DNA of 63,845 bases, taken from an uncultured Saprospiraceae bacterium (lineage in GTDB: Bacteria; Bacteroidota; Bacteroidia; Chitinophagales; Saprospiraceae). Position 1 is the first letter of the stretch; each line of letters starts with the position of its first letter. The DNA is taken from positions 1-63,845 of the forward strand of contig CAYOIL010000001.1 in the NCBI GenBank assembly GCA_964403985.1, read 5' to 3'. The notes under the pieces are model-generated. The model had not been told where the DNA came from. It searched no databases and saw only the letters and a list, made by a program, of their open reading frames with translations. This document shows, piece after piece, positions 36,619 through 46,063 of this stretch. The translations under genes were made by a program, and so were the position numbers.

Positions 36619-36652
36619 TAGCTCTGTCAGAGCTTAAGCCCTGACAGGGCTA
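36619..36652 (-). terminator. 34-nt near-perfect palindrome (possible bidirectional terminator)
   Basis: TAGCTCTGTCAGAGCTTAAGCCCTGACAGGGCTA folds into a stem of about 17 bp centred on CTTAAG. It lies 100 nt downstream of the 36752 stop and has A/T-rich flanks. Confidence 0.35.
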
Positions 36653-36751
36653 GTGCAAAAAATAATCTATAATTCCAAATTTTCTTTTATAATTATTATT
36701 GATCCTGTTTTTTAAACAAGTTCTAGAGGGTAAATAAGATATAACCGGAGA

Positions 36752-38308
36752 CTATTGTTTAACTATTCTTTTAATTGAAACGTTATCGGCTGAGTATATT
36801 TTTACAAAATAAATACCATCTGATAATTGAGTTAAATCAAAGCTTGTAGATTCTTTTTTAGGTGTTTTTGAAAGTATAATATTTCCTTCAATAGTTAATA
36901 ATTCAATGTGTGAAATAATCTTAGTACTATTTATTTTAATAAAGTTCGTGGAAGGATTTGGAAAAATAGTAATTAACGAAGGATCTATATTGTATGTGGA
37001 TACTTCGCTATTTGGGTTAAAACCCAAAGTATAGGAGTAAGCATCAAAATCCCCTAATCCATAGCAATAAGCAAAAACACCTCTAGGAGCTTCCAGTAGA
37101 GAGCTTCCTGCTTCTTTAGTTATTGTTGCATAACTGAATGAAGGGTAATTTGGAAATTCTTGGAATTCATCACTGATGTTGACATCGTCGATTTTTATAT
37201 CATCTATGTTTTCCGTTTCAGTAAATAGAGTAATATTTCTTTGTGAAAAAGCTTGCGAACCATTAAATCCAAATAAATTTTCGAAGAACACTTTTTTGGT
37301 CCTGTAATTCGATGAATGAAGAGTGATCATTGTAGGGTCTCCGAGTTGACTTAAGTTGCATCCTTGTGAAGGATTAAATTGTGCAACAAAAATATTTTTA
37401 GACGAGGTTAAAATTTGGGGAGTATCATATAATTCTTCACTATATTCACCACTTTGCAAGGTGGTGAATAAAGAACTATTAATATATATTTCAGTATCAT
37501 CTTCCAATGCAAGAAATTTGAAAAGGGAGAGACCTTGTCCTTTAAAAGGGATAAGTGCATATTCTTTTGCACCATATGAAATGGGATAAGCTTGGTCGTA
37601 TAGATGGTTGTCAGCAAAAAGGTCGCAAGCAATGTCAGCTTGTTGGGCTCCTGCAAAAACGGCTATTTTTGATTCATTTAAAGAACGTATTTTAGAACCA
37701 GTTAAGTCACCTAATGCATGTACCTGATAACTATTACCTGCATTTAAAGTTATTGAAAAAGGAATTCCTGCGGGTCTAAGTTCGGCCGTATTAGCGGAAG
37801 GGGTAATTTCAACTTCCGTATTATCTTCGGTTGCAACAATTACAAAAGATGAAGGAGAATTCGTTGAATTATTAAAATCTTTACCGGCGAGAATGATGTA
37901 TTCGTTATCAAGAATTTCAACAGGAAGAACGATGCTGGCTTCTGAAAAAAACACTCTGTAATGAACCGCGGTTATATTTGTTGGACTTGTTGTATTTATT
38001 CGGAAGCCAAAGTTTTTAATTGCTTCTGACCCTGTTGCATATAAAATATTGGGAGGAAAATTGAATTCTGTTACTGTGTTCGCATCATAAGAAAAAGAAT
38101 ATTCTAATCCTGTTGCAGCAGCAGTTATAGTAGCTTCACCAGATTCTTCTGCAGATACATATATTGAAAATTGGGGATCACCATTAAAAGCTAATGTTAG
38201 GTTTTCCATATATGCGAGCCAGAATTCTGTTCCTTTAGTACCAGATTCTTGAGCATAAATTGTATTAAAAAGTAATAAAAAAAGGAGGATAGGTAAAAAT
38301 TTCTTCAT
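36752..38308 (-). CDS. T9SS-secreted protein with an IgGFc-binding-protein-like N-terminal domain and a type A CTD
   Basis: Signal peptide, then GTEFWLAYMEN (characteristic of the IgGFc_binding-like domain in Bacteroidota). The C-terminus ITIFPNPSTNFIKI...GIYFVKIYS...IVKQ is a T9SS tail. Confidence 0.7.
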   Translation of the reverse strand: MKKFLPILLFLLLFNTIYAQESGTKGTEFWLAYMENLTLAFNGDPQFSIYVSAEESGEATITAAATGLEYSFSYDANTVTEFNFPPNILYATGSEAIKNFGFRINTTSPTNITAVHYRVFFSEASIVLPVEILDNEYIILAGKDFNNSTNSPSSFVIVATEDNTEVEITPSANTAELRPAGIPFSITLNAGNSYQVHALGDLTGSKIRSLNESKIAVFAGAQQADIACDLFADNHLYDQAYPISYGAKEYALIPFKGQGLSLFKFLALEDDTEIYINSSLFTTLQSGEYSEELYDTPQILTSSKNIFVAQFNPSQGCNLSQLGDPTMITLHSSNYRTKKVFFENLFGFNGSQAFSQRNITLFTETENIDDIKIDDVNISDEFQEFPNYPSFSYATITKEAGSSLLEAPRGVFAYCYGLGDFDAYSYTLGFNPNSEVSTYNIDPSLITIFPNPSTNFIKINSTKIISHIELLTIEGNIILSKTPKKESTSFDLTQLSDGIYFVKIYSADNVSIKRIVKQ

Positions 38309-38605
38309 TTGTGAGCGTATTCAATAATTGTATAATGGGTTAACATTCAACGGAATAAGATAAATATAGTACAATTAATTTTCAAAAAAGTTGAGCAAGC
38401 TTAAAAAAGATTTTTTATTTTGTTTGTAAAACCTAATTAAAAGAAATTTCATTTTGATAATAAGAAGTATTCCATTGAAAGAAAATGGCATTCTAAAGTC
38501 TTAATTAAGTCAACAGTTATTCTTTTTATTTTCAAAACAGAGTAAAATAAATGAGAATTATTAGGTAATAGTTTTGAGTTTGATGCCTTTTGGGTTAACG
38601 GGATA

Positions 38606-38658
38606 GTTCATTAAACTGTGTCTGATTATAAATATAAAGAAGACACACTTTAATGAAC
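38606..38658. other. Strong hairpin (18-bp stem with 17/18 paired, 17-nt loop) downstream of the GT4-like gene
   Basis: GTTCATTAAACTGTGTCT pairs with AGACACACTTTAATGAAC. There is no clear U-tract on either strand. Confidence 0.5.
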
Positions 38659-38712
38659 ATTCTCCAGTCTCCTTGATAATATATATTTTTAAAAATATCA
38701 GTTTCCATACAA

Positions 38713-39966
38713 TTATTTAATCAATTCCCCCACCCGCGAATGCCAACTCATCCCCTTTCTCGCAGCAAGCCCCGCTTCCGACATTTTCCATAATTCGCCT
38801 TTCTCCCAAAGACAATAATAATATCCTAAGCTTTCTTTCAAATGACCCAATGTCTCAGGATAGAAAATGTCGCCAGCGTCCGTGGTCCTAAATAATTCCT
38901 CAAACTCTTCATCTCGTATTCCATTAATATAGTTCATAACAGGATTTCCCGTTTCTAAGTATTCAAATAATTTCCCCGTAAAAACACCTTGGTGTTCCTC
39001 GGACGAACTCGTTAATAACAATAAAACACCAGCTTCGTTTTGTAGCTCCAAGGCTTCCCCTCTCGCTATAAATCCCCTATTATCTAAATAGTCCTCTATC
39101 CCGCATTCCTCAAACCACCTTTCCCATATTTCTCCTTCCCTTCCCGCATATACAAACTGGAAAGTGTCAGAAGAAATATTACCCCCTTCTACAAATTGCT
39201 TCACTTCACTTACGACCGACTTCCCATCTCTATACTCGTAAAACAAACTCCCTGTATAAACCATCGTAAATACTTTCGAAACCGCTTTTCGCTCTTCTCG
39301 CATGATGACTCCACGCGGCAAAGAAATAACCTTTGGGTGTAAACCCCGCAAATGCTTTGCTAGTCCATCTGAAATGGTCGATACTTTTTCTGCACCTTCT
39401 AAGATCTTTCGCTCTTGTCGCTTATTCCAAGCCTCGAAATACACATTCTTATAAGCAGGCTCAACTTGTAAATCACGGAAATCAGCATACCATTTTATAT
39501 ACTTATTTCCTTTTTTTAAAACACTCGCTATCTTATGATCGGCATAAGGCATAAACGAAGAATACATGTGACTTACCTCATATTTCTCTAAAATCTCTTT
39601 CCCTAGTTTAATCGCAGACTTTATATATCGTTGACCTCCTTCGTCCAAATAAAAATGGAAGGGTAATGTTTTCTTTAATTTGGATAATGCCTTGAACAAG
39701 GAACTGTTCTTTTTTTTCATGGAAAGATGATTTCCACTCGTCACCACACTCCGAAAATCTTTCGTCGATGCTTTATAAATAATTACATTATCAGGTAAAG
39801 GCAAAGCCTCTGTTGCCATGACCTCCACATTGGATGTGGTGATGATATGAACTCGATCAAACATTTGGGCGAAAGCCCAGCTCATATAATAATTCCTTAG
39901 TACACCACCCGACCGAATCGGCGGATAATAATAATGCACACAGAGAATGTCCGAGCCTATTTTCAT
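38713..39966 (-). CDS. GT-B fold glycosyltransferase (GT4-like)
   Basis: The C-terminal FTGKLFEYLETGNPV resembles the GT4 E-x7-E region. GC content is noticeably higher than in the surrounding genes. Confidence 0.6.
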   Translation of the reverse strand: MKIGSDILCVHYYYPPIRSGGVLRNYYMSWAFAQMFDRVHIITTSNVEVMATEALPLPDNVIIYKASTKDFRSVVTSGNHLSMKKKNSSLFKALSKLKKTLPFHFYLDEGGQRYIKSAIKLGKEILEKYEVSHMYSSFMPYADHKIASVLKKGNKYIKWYADFRDLQVEPAYKNVYFEAWNKRQERKILEGAEKVSTISDGLAKHLRGLHPKVISLPRGVIMREERKAVSKVFTMVYTGSLFYEYRDGKSVVSEVKQFVEGGNISSDTFQFVYAGREGEIWERWFEECGIEDYLDNRGFIARGEALELQNEAGVLLLLTSSSEEHQGVFTGKLFEYLETGNPVMNYINGIRDEEFEELFRTTDAGDIFYPETLGHLKESLGYYYCLWEKGELWKMSEAGLAARKGMSWHSRVGELIK

Positions 39967-41649
39967 CTATATTTTTGACTCAACAATTTTCAGTATCGCC
40001 TCTTTTTCATTTACAGATGACTCGCTAATTCTTTCAGCTTGGTCCATAATGTCTCGAATATAATCCTTGTCTGAAATACCAGGAAGATTGATTTTTACAT
40101 TCAAGAATGCTCCTTCAATTGCGGTATATGTACACAAAGCACCAACCCCAACATCACTCGCCGAGGCAGGATTTCCGTTATCAGCCATTTCACGTAAAAC
40201 AGCATAATTTTCATACGCGGTTTTCATTACAGCAAGAGGAATTTCGATGGCATTTTTTGTCGCGGCAACAAGTGCATTTTTACGAGCGGCTTTATCTTCA
40301 TCAGTCGTTTTGGGCATTTTTATAGCGTACATAATCTGATTGAACGCATCGGTGTCTTTATCAACTAATTCGAGTAATTTGTCCTTTAGGGCTTGACCCT
40401 TTTCTCCTATTTCAGCAAAGTATGGAACCTTTGCATCCCAGCCTCTTTTGTTCGCGCTCAAATTCGAAACCATCGTACCTAACGAAATTCCTAAAGCACC
40501 ACAATAAGCCGAAATACTTCCTCCTCCTGGAGCAGCACTTTCACTTGCGGTTTCATTGGCAAATTCTCGGAGGTTCATCGAGATCAAGCTTTCCTCTTTA
40601 GCTTTCATTACATACTCGATAATCTTTTTACGCGGATCAAAAGGAGCAAGCTCATCAAGACCCAAAGATTTCACAGCAATGTGAATGATTTCTTCTTCAG
40701 AAACACCTGTCGAACGACCTTGCTTTTCAAGGAAAAATTTACCCGCATCTGTGATTACTTTTAGTGGCATAAGACCAACTAATTCCGATCCTGTCACACG
40801 CAATCCTCTATTGTTCGCACTCTTTCTGCATTCTTCAAACGCAATATGTAGAGGGGTAACATTGATGTCCGTAAGGTTCATGGAAATCTGAGCGAGATCA
40901 TATTCTTCTATGAACCAACCGATGGCTTTCACGGATTTACAAGTGCCTGGAACTCTCACAGGAACTCCATTTTCTTCGACAATTTTACCAGTGATAGGAT
41001 TTCCTTCTCTTTTAACTCGCCCGTTTTCGCGAATATCAAATGCAACAGAATTAGCTCTTCTTGTACTTTTTGTATTTAAGTTAACATTGTATGCAATAAG
41101 AAAATCTCGAGCACCGATAACCGTTGCACCGCTTGCTGGTAAAAAAGTAGCTGGACCATAATCTGGTTTCCATGCAGGATCTTGTAATTTCTTTTCCATT
41201 CCCTCATATTCACCAGCACGAATGCTTGCGAGGTTCTTTCTCTTTTCTTCTTTGGCAGCACTTTCGTACATAAAAATAGGAAGCCCAAGTTCTTCACCCA
41301 CACGTTTACCTAACTTGTTTGCATACTCCACTGTTTCTTCCATAGAAATTCCAGAAATAGGAATTAGTGGACACACATCGGTAGCACCCATCCGCGGATG
41401 TTCTCCTGTTTGCTTTGCCATATCGATAACTTCCATTGCCTTTCTAATGGCTTGAAAAGCACCTTCTATAACAGCTTCAGGATGGCCAACGAAAGTAACA
41501 ACTGTTCGATTTGTAGCTTTTCCTGGATCTACGTCCAAAAGCGTTACGCCTTCAACTTTTTCGATTTCATCGGTAATTTTTCGGATGACCGCGAGATCTC
41601 TACCTTCGCTAAAATTCGGTACACATTCTATGATTTTGTTATCACTCAT
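39967..41649 (-). CDS. Bifunctional glutamate formimidoyltransferase / formimidoyltetrahydrofolate cyclodeaminase
   Basis: The N-terminus IECVPNFSEGRD is the hallmark of formiminotransferase. The C-terminal helical domain of about 200 aa (SAAPGGGSISAYCGALG) matches the cyclodeaminase. Confidence 0.88.
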   Translation of the reverse strand: MSDNKIIECVPNFSEGRDLAVIRKITDEIEKVEGVTLLDVDPGKATNRTVVTFVGHPEAVIEGAFQAIRKAMEVIDMAKQTGEHPRMGATDVCPLIPISGISMEETVEYANKLGKRVGEELGLPIFMYESAAKEEKRKNLASIRAGEYEGMEKKLQDPAWKPDYGPATFLPASGATVIGARDFLIAYNVNLNTKSTRRANSVAFDIRENGRVKREGNPITGKIVEENGVPVRVPGTCKSVKAIGWFIEEYDLAQISMNLTDINVTPLHIAFEECRKSANNRGLRVTGSELVGLMPLKVITDAGKFFLEKQGRSTGVSEEEIIHIAVKSLGLDELAPFDPRKKIIEYVMKAKEESLISMNLREFANETASESAAPGGGSISAYCGALGISLGTMVSNLSANKRGWDAKVPYFAEIGEKGQALKDKLLELVDKDTDAFNQIMYAIKMPKTTDEDKAARKNALVAATKNAIEIPLAVMKTAYENYAVLREMADNGNPASASDVGVGALCTYTAIEGAFLNVKINLPGISDKDYIRDIMDQAERISESSVNEKEAILKIVESKI

Positions 41650-41769
41650 TAATCCTGTTTTTATTGGAGTAAAACTATAAATTTTGTATGGACTTTTATG
41701 AGGAGAGATTTGAACTTAATATTATATCCAACGAGGATTGGTTTTTATTCGTCTTAAAGATAAAATAGA

Positions 41770-42186
41770 ATGATGATAAAGAATATATTACTAGGATTAA
41801 TGGTTTTAATTTTCTTCAGCTGCAGCAAAATAAATGAGAGCAAATTAATGGATGAATATTCACTAACGCTAACATCAGGAGGCATAACAGGAAAAAATTG
41901 TACATATGAAATAGGAGAAATTACTTGGAAATTTGATAGTAAAACACTAACAAAGGAAATTAATATTACAGAAGATTCTGAAGGCTGTCTTTCAAAACAA
42001 GAAAGAACAATTGAATGTCTATTTGAATTGAAAGAAAACGATGAAGGCTATTTTCTATTTATTGATGATTCAGACAGAGGCTTAGTTACTTTTACTGAGA
42101 ATGGTTTCAATATAAATTCAAATAAATATTTTAATGGAAATGAAGGTGCCGATGGATTTGAACATTATTTTATACGAATTATATAA
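41770..42186 (+). CDS. Small lipoprotein, unknown function
   Basis: Lipobox-like LIFFSCSK. No other motif. Confidence 0.45.
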   Translation: MMIKNILLGLMVLIFFSCSKINESKLMDEYSLTLTSGGITGKNCTYEIGEITWKFDSKTLTKEINITEDSEGCLSKQERTIECLFELKENDEGYFLFIDDSDRGLVTFTENGFNINSNKYFNGNEGADGFEHYFIRII

Positions 42187-42190
42187 TTTC

Positions 42191-43606
42191 TTAACACTCC
42201 GGTTGTATGACAGAAAGGTTTATTGCTAAACCGCCTTCAGCTGTTTCTTTGTATTTAAAATTCATGTCTTGAGCTGTTTCCCACATCGTTTTTATTACAG
42301 CGTCTAGACTCACAATTGCATTTTTAGCATCAGTAGAAAGAGCAATGTTTGATGCCGTTATAGCTTTAATTGCACCCATTGCGTTTCTTTCGATACAAGG
42401 AATCTGGACCAAGCCACCAATTGGATCGCAAGTCATTCCTAAATGATGTTCCATTGCTATTTCAGCAGCCATTAATACTTGTTCAGGAGATCCACCTTGT
42501 ATTTCTGTTAATGCACCAGCAGCCATTGCAGATGAAACGCCAATTTCAGCTTGACAACCACCCATCGCTGCAGAGATAGTCGCTCCTTTTTTAAATAAAC
42601 ATCCGATTTCTCCACTTACATAGAAAAAACGCTCAATAGCTTTTTCTACAACTTCATCACAAAAACAAATATAAAAGAGTAATACAGCAGGAATTACTCC
42701 TGCAGCGCCATTTGTAGGAGACGTAACGACTCGACCGAAAGCTGCATTTTCTTCATTAACAGCAAGGGCAAAACAACTGATCCATTTATTAATAGTATTG
42801 AAACTAGGATCTGTATCTTTTATAGCAGCCAGCCATTCAATGAGATTGTCGGTCTCTTTTAAAGAAGGCAATAGTTTCATGGCGATTTCTTTAGCCCTTC
42901 GAGTAACATTAAGTCCTCCGGGTAAAATTCCTGAGGTATGACATCCTCTATAAACAGATTTCAGAATTGATTTGTGGATAGAGGTAAGTTTAGTCTTTAT
43001 TTCATCTTCTGACCGAAAGCTTAATTCATTTTGATACACTATTTCAGAAATTGATTTATCTTCTTTTTGACAATAGGAGAGCAGATCACTTGCCTTTTGA
43101 ATTGGAAAAGGAAGACGCATTGGTTGCTCGTCATTCGACTCATTTTCACCTTCTTTTTCAATAAACCCACCACCAACAGAATAGTATGTTTGTTCTATTT
43201 TTGTAGCCTGAGAATCGATCATTGATAAGGTTAGGGCATTTGGATGTTTTGGAAGAGAATCCGGTCTAAAAACAATATTGATTGTTGGATCAAAAAATGC
43301 ATTTCCAGATGGAAAAGATATTTGTTTCTCTTGTTTTAAATTAGCAACATAGGAATTTATTTTTGTTGTATCAATTATTACAGGATCATGCCCTAAAAGT
43401 CCCATCATTATGGCAATATCTGTTCCATGTCCTTTTCCCGTTTTAGATAAAGATCCATATAATTCAACGTTTAAAGTTACAGCCGGATAAGGGTGGTTTT
43501 TTATAATTTCAAGAAAATTTAATGCAGCTCTCCAAGGGCCAAGAGTGTGAGAACTAGAAGGGCCAACGCCTATTTTGAATATATCGAAAACACTAAGACT
43601 TTCCAT
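42191..43606 (-). CDS. sdaA: L-serine ammonia-lyase, iron-sulfur dependent, single chain
   Basis: Begins MESLSVFDIFKIGVGPSSSHTLGP, the canonical SdaA N-terminus. The 43-aa extension in the ORF track (to 43735) is non-homologous and was trimmed. Confidence 0.9.
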   Translation of the reverse strand: MESLSVFDIFKIGVGPSSSHTLGPWRAALNFLEIIKNHPYPAVTLNVELYGSLSKTGKGHGTDIAIMMGLLGHDPVIIDTTKINSYVANLKQEKQISFPSGNAFFDPTINIVFRPDSLPKHPNALTLSMIDSQATKIEQTYYSVGGGFIEKEGENESNDEQPMRLPFPIQKASDLLSYCQKEDKSISEIVYQNELSFRSEDEIKTKLTSIHKSILKSVYRGCHTSGILPGGLNVTRRAKEIAMKLLPSLKETDNLIEWLAAIKDTDPSFNTINKWISCFALAVNEENAAFGRVVTSPTNGAAGVIPAVLLFYICFCDEVVEKAIERFFYVSGEIGCLFKKGATISAAMGGCQAEIGVSSAMAAGALTEIQGGSPEQVLMAAEIAMEHHLGMTCDPIGGLVQIPCIERNAMGAIKAITASNIALSTDAKNAIVSLDAVIKTMWETAQDMNFKYKETAEGGLAINLSVIQPEC

Positions 43607-43837
43607 TATAATGAAGTTAGTTGCACAGACAAACTTAAATAAGAATAGTAAAAAAGAGGCTTTTTTGGCAGACAAAGCAGAAGCATTTTTAAGAAAAAGA
43701 TAAATAAACCAAAACGTCAACTTTTTTGGTGGCAAAAATTATTTTATAGGTGGCATGAATTTAGGCTAGAAAAGACCATATTTTATAGAGCTTTTGAGGA
43801 CACTCAAAAAAAAAAACAAAATGTGCCTTTTTCCTAT

Positions 43838-43845
43838 TACTTTTG
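43838..43845 (+). promoter_or_regulatory. Candidate -7 promoter box TACTTTTG upstream of prfA
   Basis: Matches the Bacteroidota TAnnTTTG consensus, 18 nt upstream of the prfA ATG. Confidence 0.3.
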
Positions 43846-43862
43846 CCTTATAATAACCGATT

Positions 43863-44933
43863 ATGATAGAGAAGTTGGAATCCATAAAAAATCGTTACGA
43901 AAACATTCGTGAACAACTTTATGATCCTGAGGTAGCGTCAGATCCTAAGCGATTTAATAAATTAAATAAAGAGTCAAAAGGCCTGGAAGAGGTTGTTTTA
44001 TTATACGATAAGTATGTAGAAGCAAAAGGGAATTTGAAAACGGCAGAAGAGATGCTAGCAGATCCAGATCCAGATATGAAGGAAATGGCGAAAGGAGAGA
44101 TTGGAGAGCTTAGACCATTGTTAGAATCAATGGAAGAAGAAATGAAAATCCTTCTGATACCAAAAGACCCAGAAGATTCCAAAGATATTATTTTGGAAAT
44201 TCGTTCTGGGACAGGAGGAGACGAGGCAAGTATTTTCGCTGGAGATTTATTCCGGATGTATTCTAAATATTTCGAAAAACAGAAATGGAAAACAGAACTA
44301 CTTTCTACAACCGAAGGTACTTCAGGAGGATATAGTAAACTTTCTATGGAAGTCTATGGAAATGACGTTTTTGCTAAAATGAAATTTGAGTCTGGTGCAC
44401 ATAGAGTACAACGTGTTCCAAGAACAGAAACACAAGGAAGGGTTCATACTTCTGCAGCAACCGTAGCGGTTATGCCAAAGTTTGAAATCGAGGAAATTGA
44501 AATAAATAAAGCAGACTTAAAAGTAGATACATTCCGTGCTTCAGGAGCTGGAGGACAGCACGTAAATAAAACGGAATCTGGAGTGAGGTTTACTCACTTA
44601 CCAACAGGTCTTGTTGCTGAAAGTACTGATGGTCGTTCACAAATTAAAAACCGTGAGATTGCTATTCAAAGGTTATATGTGAAAATTAATACGGCGGAAA
44701 GAGAGCGTAAAATGTCTAAAATTAGCGCTGAAAGAAGGTCTTTAGTGGGATCTGGTGATCGTTCCGATAAAATCAGAACTTATAATTATCCACAAAATAG
44801 AGTTACGGATCATCGTATTGGTTTAACTTTATATTCCTTGGATAAAATTATGGAAGGAGCTATCGATGATATAATTACAGGACTCCAAGTTTATGAAAAT
44901 GCTGAGAAGTTGAAAGCTGGAGAATCTATATAA
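43863..44933 (+). CDS. prfA: Peptide chain release factor 1
   Basis: PKT-region tripeptide context (VMPKFE), a GGQ motif (SGAGGQHVNKTESGVR), and a 356-aa RF1 layout. Confidence 0.95.
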   Translation: MIEKLESIKNRYENIREQLYDPEVASDPKRFNKLNKESKGLEEVVLLYDKYVEAKGNLKTAEEMLADPDPDMKEMAKGEIGELRPLLESMEEEMKILLIPKDPEDSKDIILEIRSGTGGDEASIFAGDLFRMYSKYFEKQKWKTELLSTTEGTSGGYSKLSMEVYGNDVFAKMKFESGAHRVQRVPRTETQGRVHTSAATVAVMPKFEIEEIEINKADLKVDTFRASGAGGQHVNKTESGVRFTHLPTGLVAESTDGRSQIKNREIAIQRLYVKINTAERERKMSKISAERRSLVGSGDRSDKIRTYNYPQNRVTDHRIGLTLYSLDKIMEGAIDDIITGLQVYENAEKLKAGESI

Positions 44934-46037
44934 ATGAAATTCTCACAACTTGTAGGATCAGAAAGTTCATGGACATCACTAAGAGAGTTAGTGACTGATG
45001 ATGTAATGCCACATGCACTTCTTATTTCAGGACCCAAGGGAAACAATAAATTACCAGCGGCACTAGCATATGTTTCTTACATAATGTGTGAAAACAAGGT
45101 TAATGAAGAAGCTTGTGGCGAATGTAGGGCATGTAAAAAAACCTTTAATTTTATACATCCCGATGTTCATTTCTCTTTTCCATTCTTCGGAGCCAATTCA
45201 GTTGCGGATGAGTTTATAAAGCCATGGAGAGGTTTTTTGGGGACCCACCCATATGGAACAATAAGCGAATGGCTAGATGCTATTAGTGCGGAGAATAAAC
45301 AGCCAAATATTAATGTAAAAGAGTGTAGAGCAATTATTCATAAATTGAATATGCAATCTTTTGAAAGTGATAAAAAGGTGCTCTTTTTATGGTTACCTGA
45401 ATATTTAAAAAAGGAAGGAAATCGCTTGTTAAAAATTATCGAAGAACCCACAGAAAACACATATTTTGTGTTGGTAACAGCTAAAGTTGATGATATTTTA
45501 GCTACAATTATTTCAAGATGTCAACACATTAAGTTACCACCTCTTCAAGACAATGAAATAAAAGAAGCCTTGATTAAAAGAGGTGGAACACCAGAACAGT
45601 CACAGTCGATAGCTTTTATCGCTGAAGGTAATATGAATAAAGCCTTAGAACTAATAACTAAAAATAATTCAACACTTGATGAGGAAGTTTTGTCCTGGCT
45701 AAGATCCTGTTATAGTGGTAAGGCAATTGATATTTTATCGTGGGTAGAGGCTTACGCCAAAAAAACAAAAGACGATCAAAAAAACTTTCTGAACTATGGC
45801 TTACATTTTTTAAGAGAAATTGCACGAGTAGGGATATTACCTGACGAAGCATTAAGAATTCAGGAAAAAGAAATAGAAACTGCTAAAAAAATAGCAAGGA
45901 TTCTTACCTTTGAGAAAATTGAAAAACTTAGTAATATCCTGACGGATACTATTTATTATATAGAGAGAAATGCTAATATTAAGATTTTGATGTGTGGTAC
46001 AAGTCTCTCTTTCAAGAACGTATTGCGACAGAATTAG
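44934..46037 (+). CDS. holB: DNA polymerase III delta-prime subunit
   Basis: HALLISGPKGNNKLPAA, the zinc-module-like CGECRACKK...HPDV, and the clamp-loader AAA+ layout. Confidence 0.8.
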   Translation: MKFSQLVGSESSWTSLRELVTDDVMPHALLISGPKGNNKLPAALAYVSYIMCENKVNEEACGECRACKKTFNFIHPDVHFSFPFFGANSVADEFIKPWRGFLGTHPYGTISEWLDAISAENKQPNINVKECRAIIHKLNMQSFESDKKVLFLWLPEYLKKEGNRLLKIIEEPTENTYFVLVTAKVDDILATIISRCQHIKLPPLQDNEIKEALIKRGGTPEQSQSIAFIAEGNMNKALELITKNNSTLDEEVLSWLRSCYSGKAIDILSWVEAYAKKTKDDQKNFLNYGLHFLREIARVGILPDEALRIQEKEIETAKKIARILTFEKIEKLSNILTDTIYYIERNANIKILMCGTSLSFKNVLRQN

Positions 46038-46063
46038 TCTGACGCAAGATTAAATATATAAAC

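Noticed and set aside
40107-41652. Cluster of six 68-84-aa ORFs on both strands within the FTCD gene
   Set aside because: They are explained by the locally higher GC content, which produces fewer stop codons, in a gene with an unambiguous formimidoyltransferase-cyclodeaminase translation on the minus strand.
43607-43735. 43-codon N-terminal extension of the sdaA ORF (MPPKKLTFWFIYLF...)
   Set aside because: The canonical L-serine dehydratase N-terminus (MESLSVFDIFKIGVGPSSSHT) starts at the internal Met. The extension is hydrophobic junk in the promoter region.
43863-44933. Possible programmed frameshift in the release-factor gene
   Set aside because: The gene is RF1-type, not RF2, and is a single uninterrupted ORF. 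The +1 frameshift is a feature of prfB.
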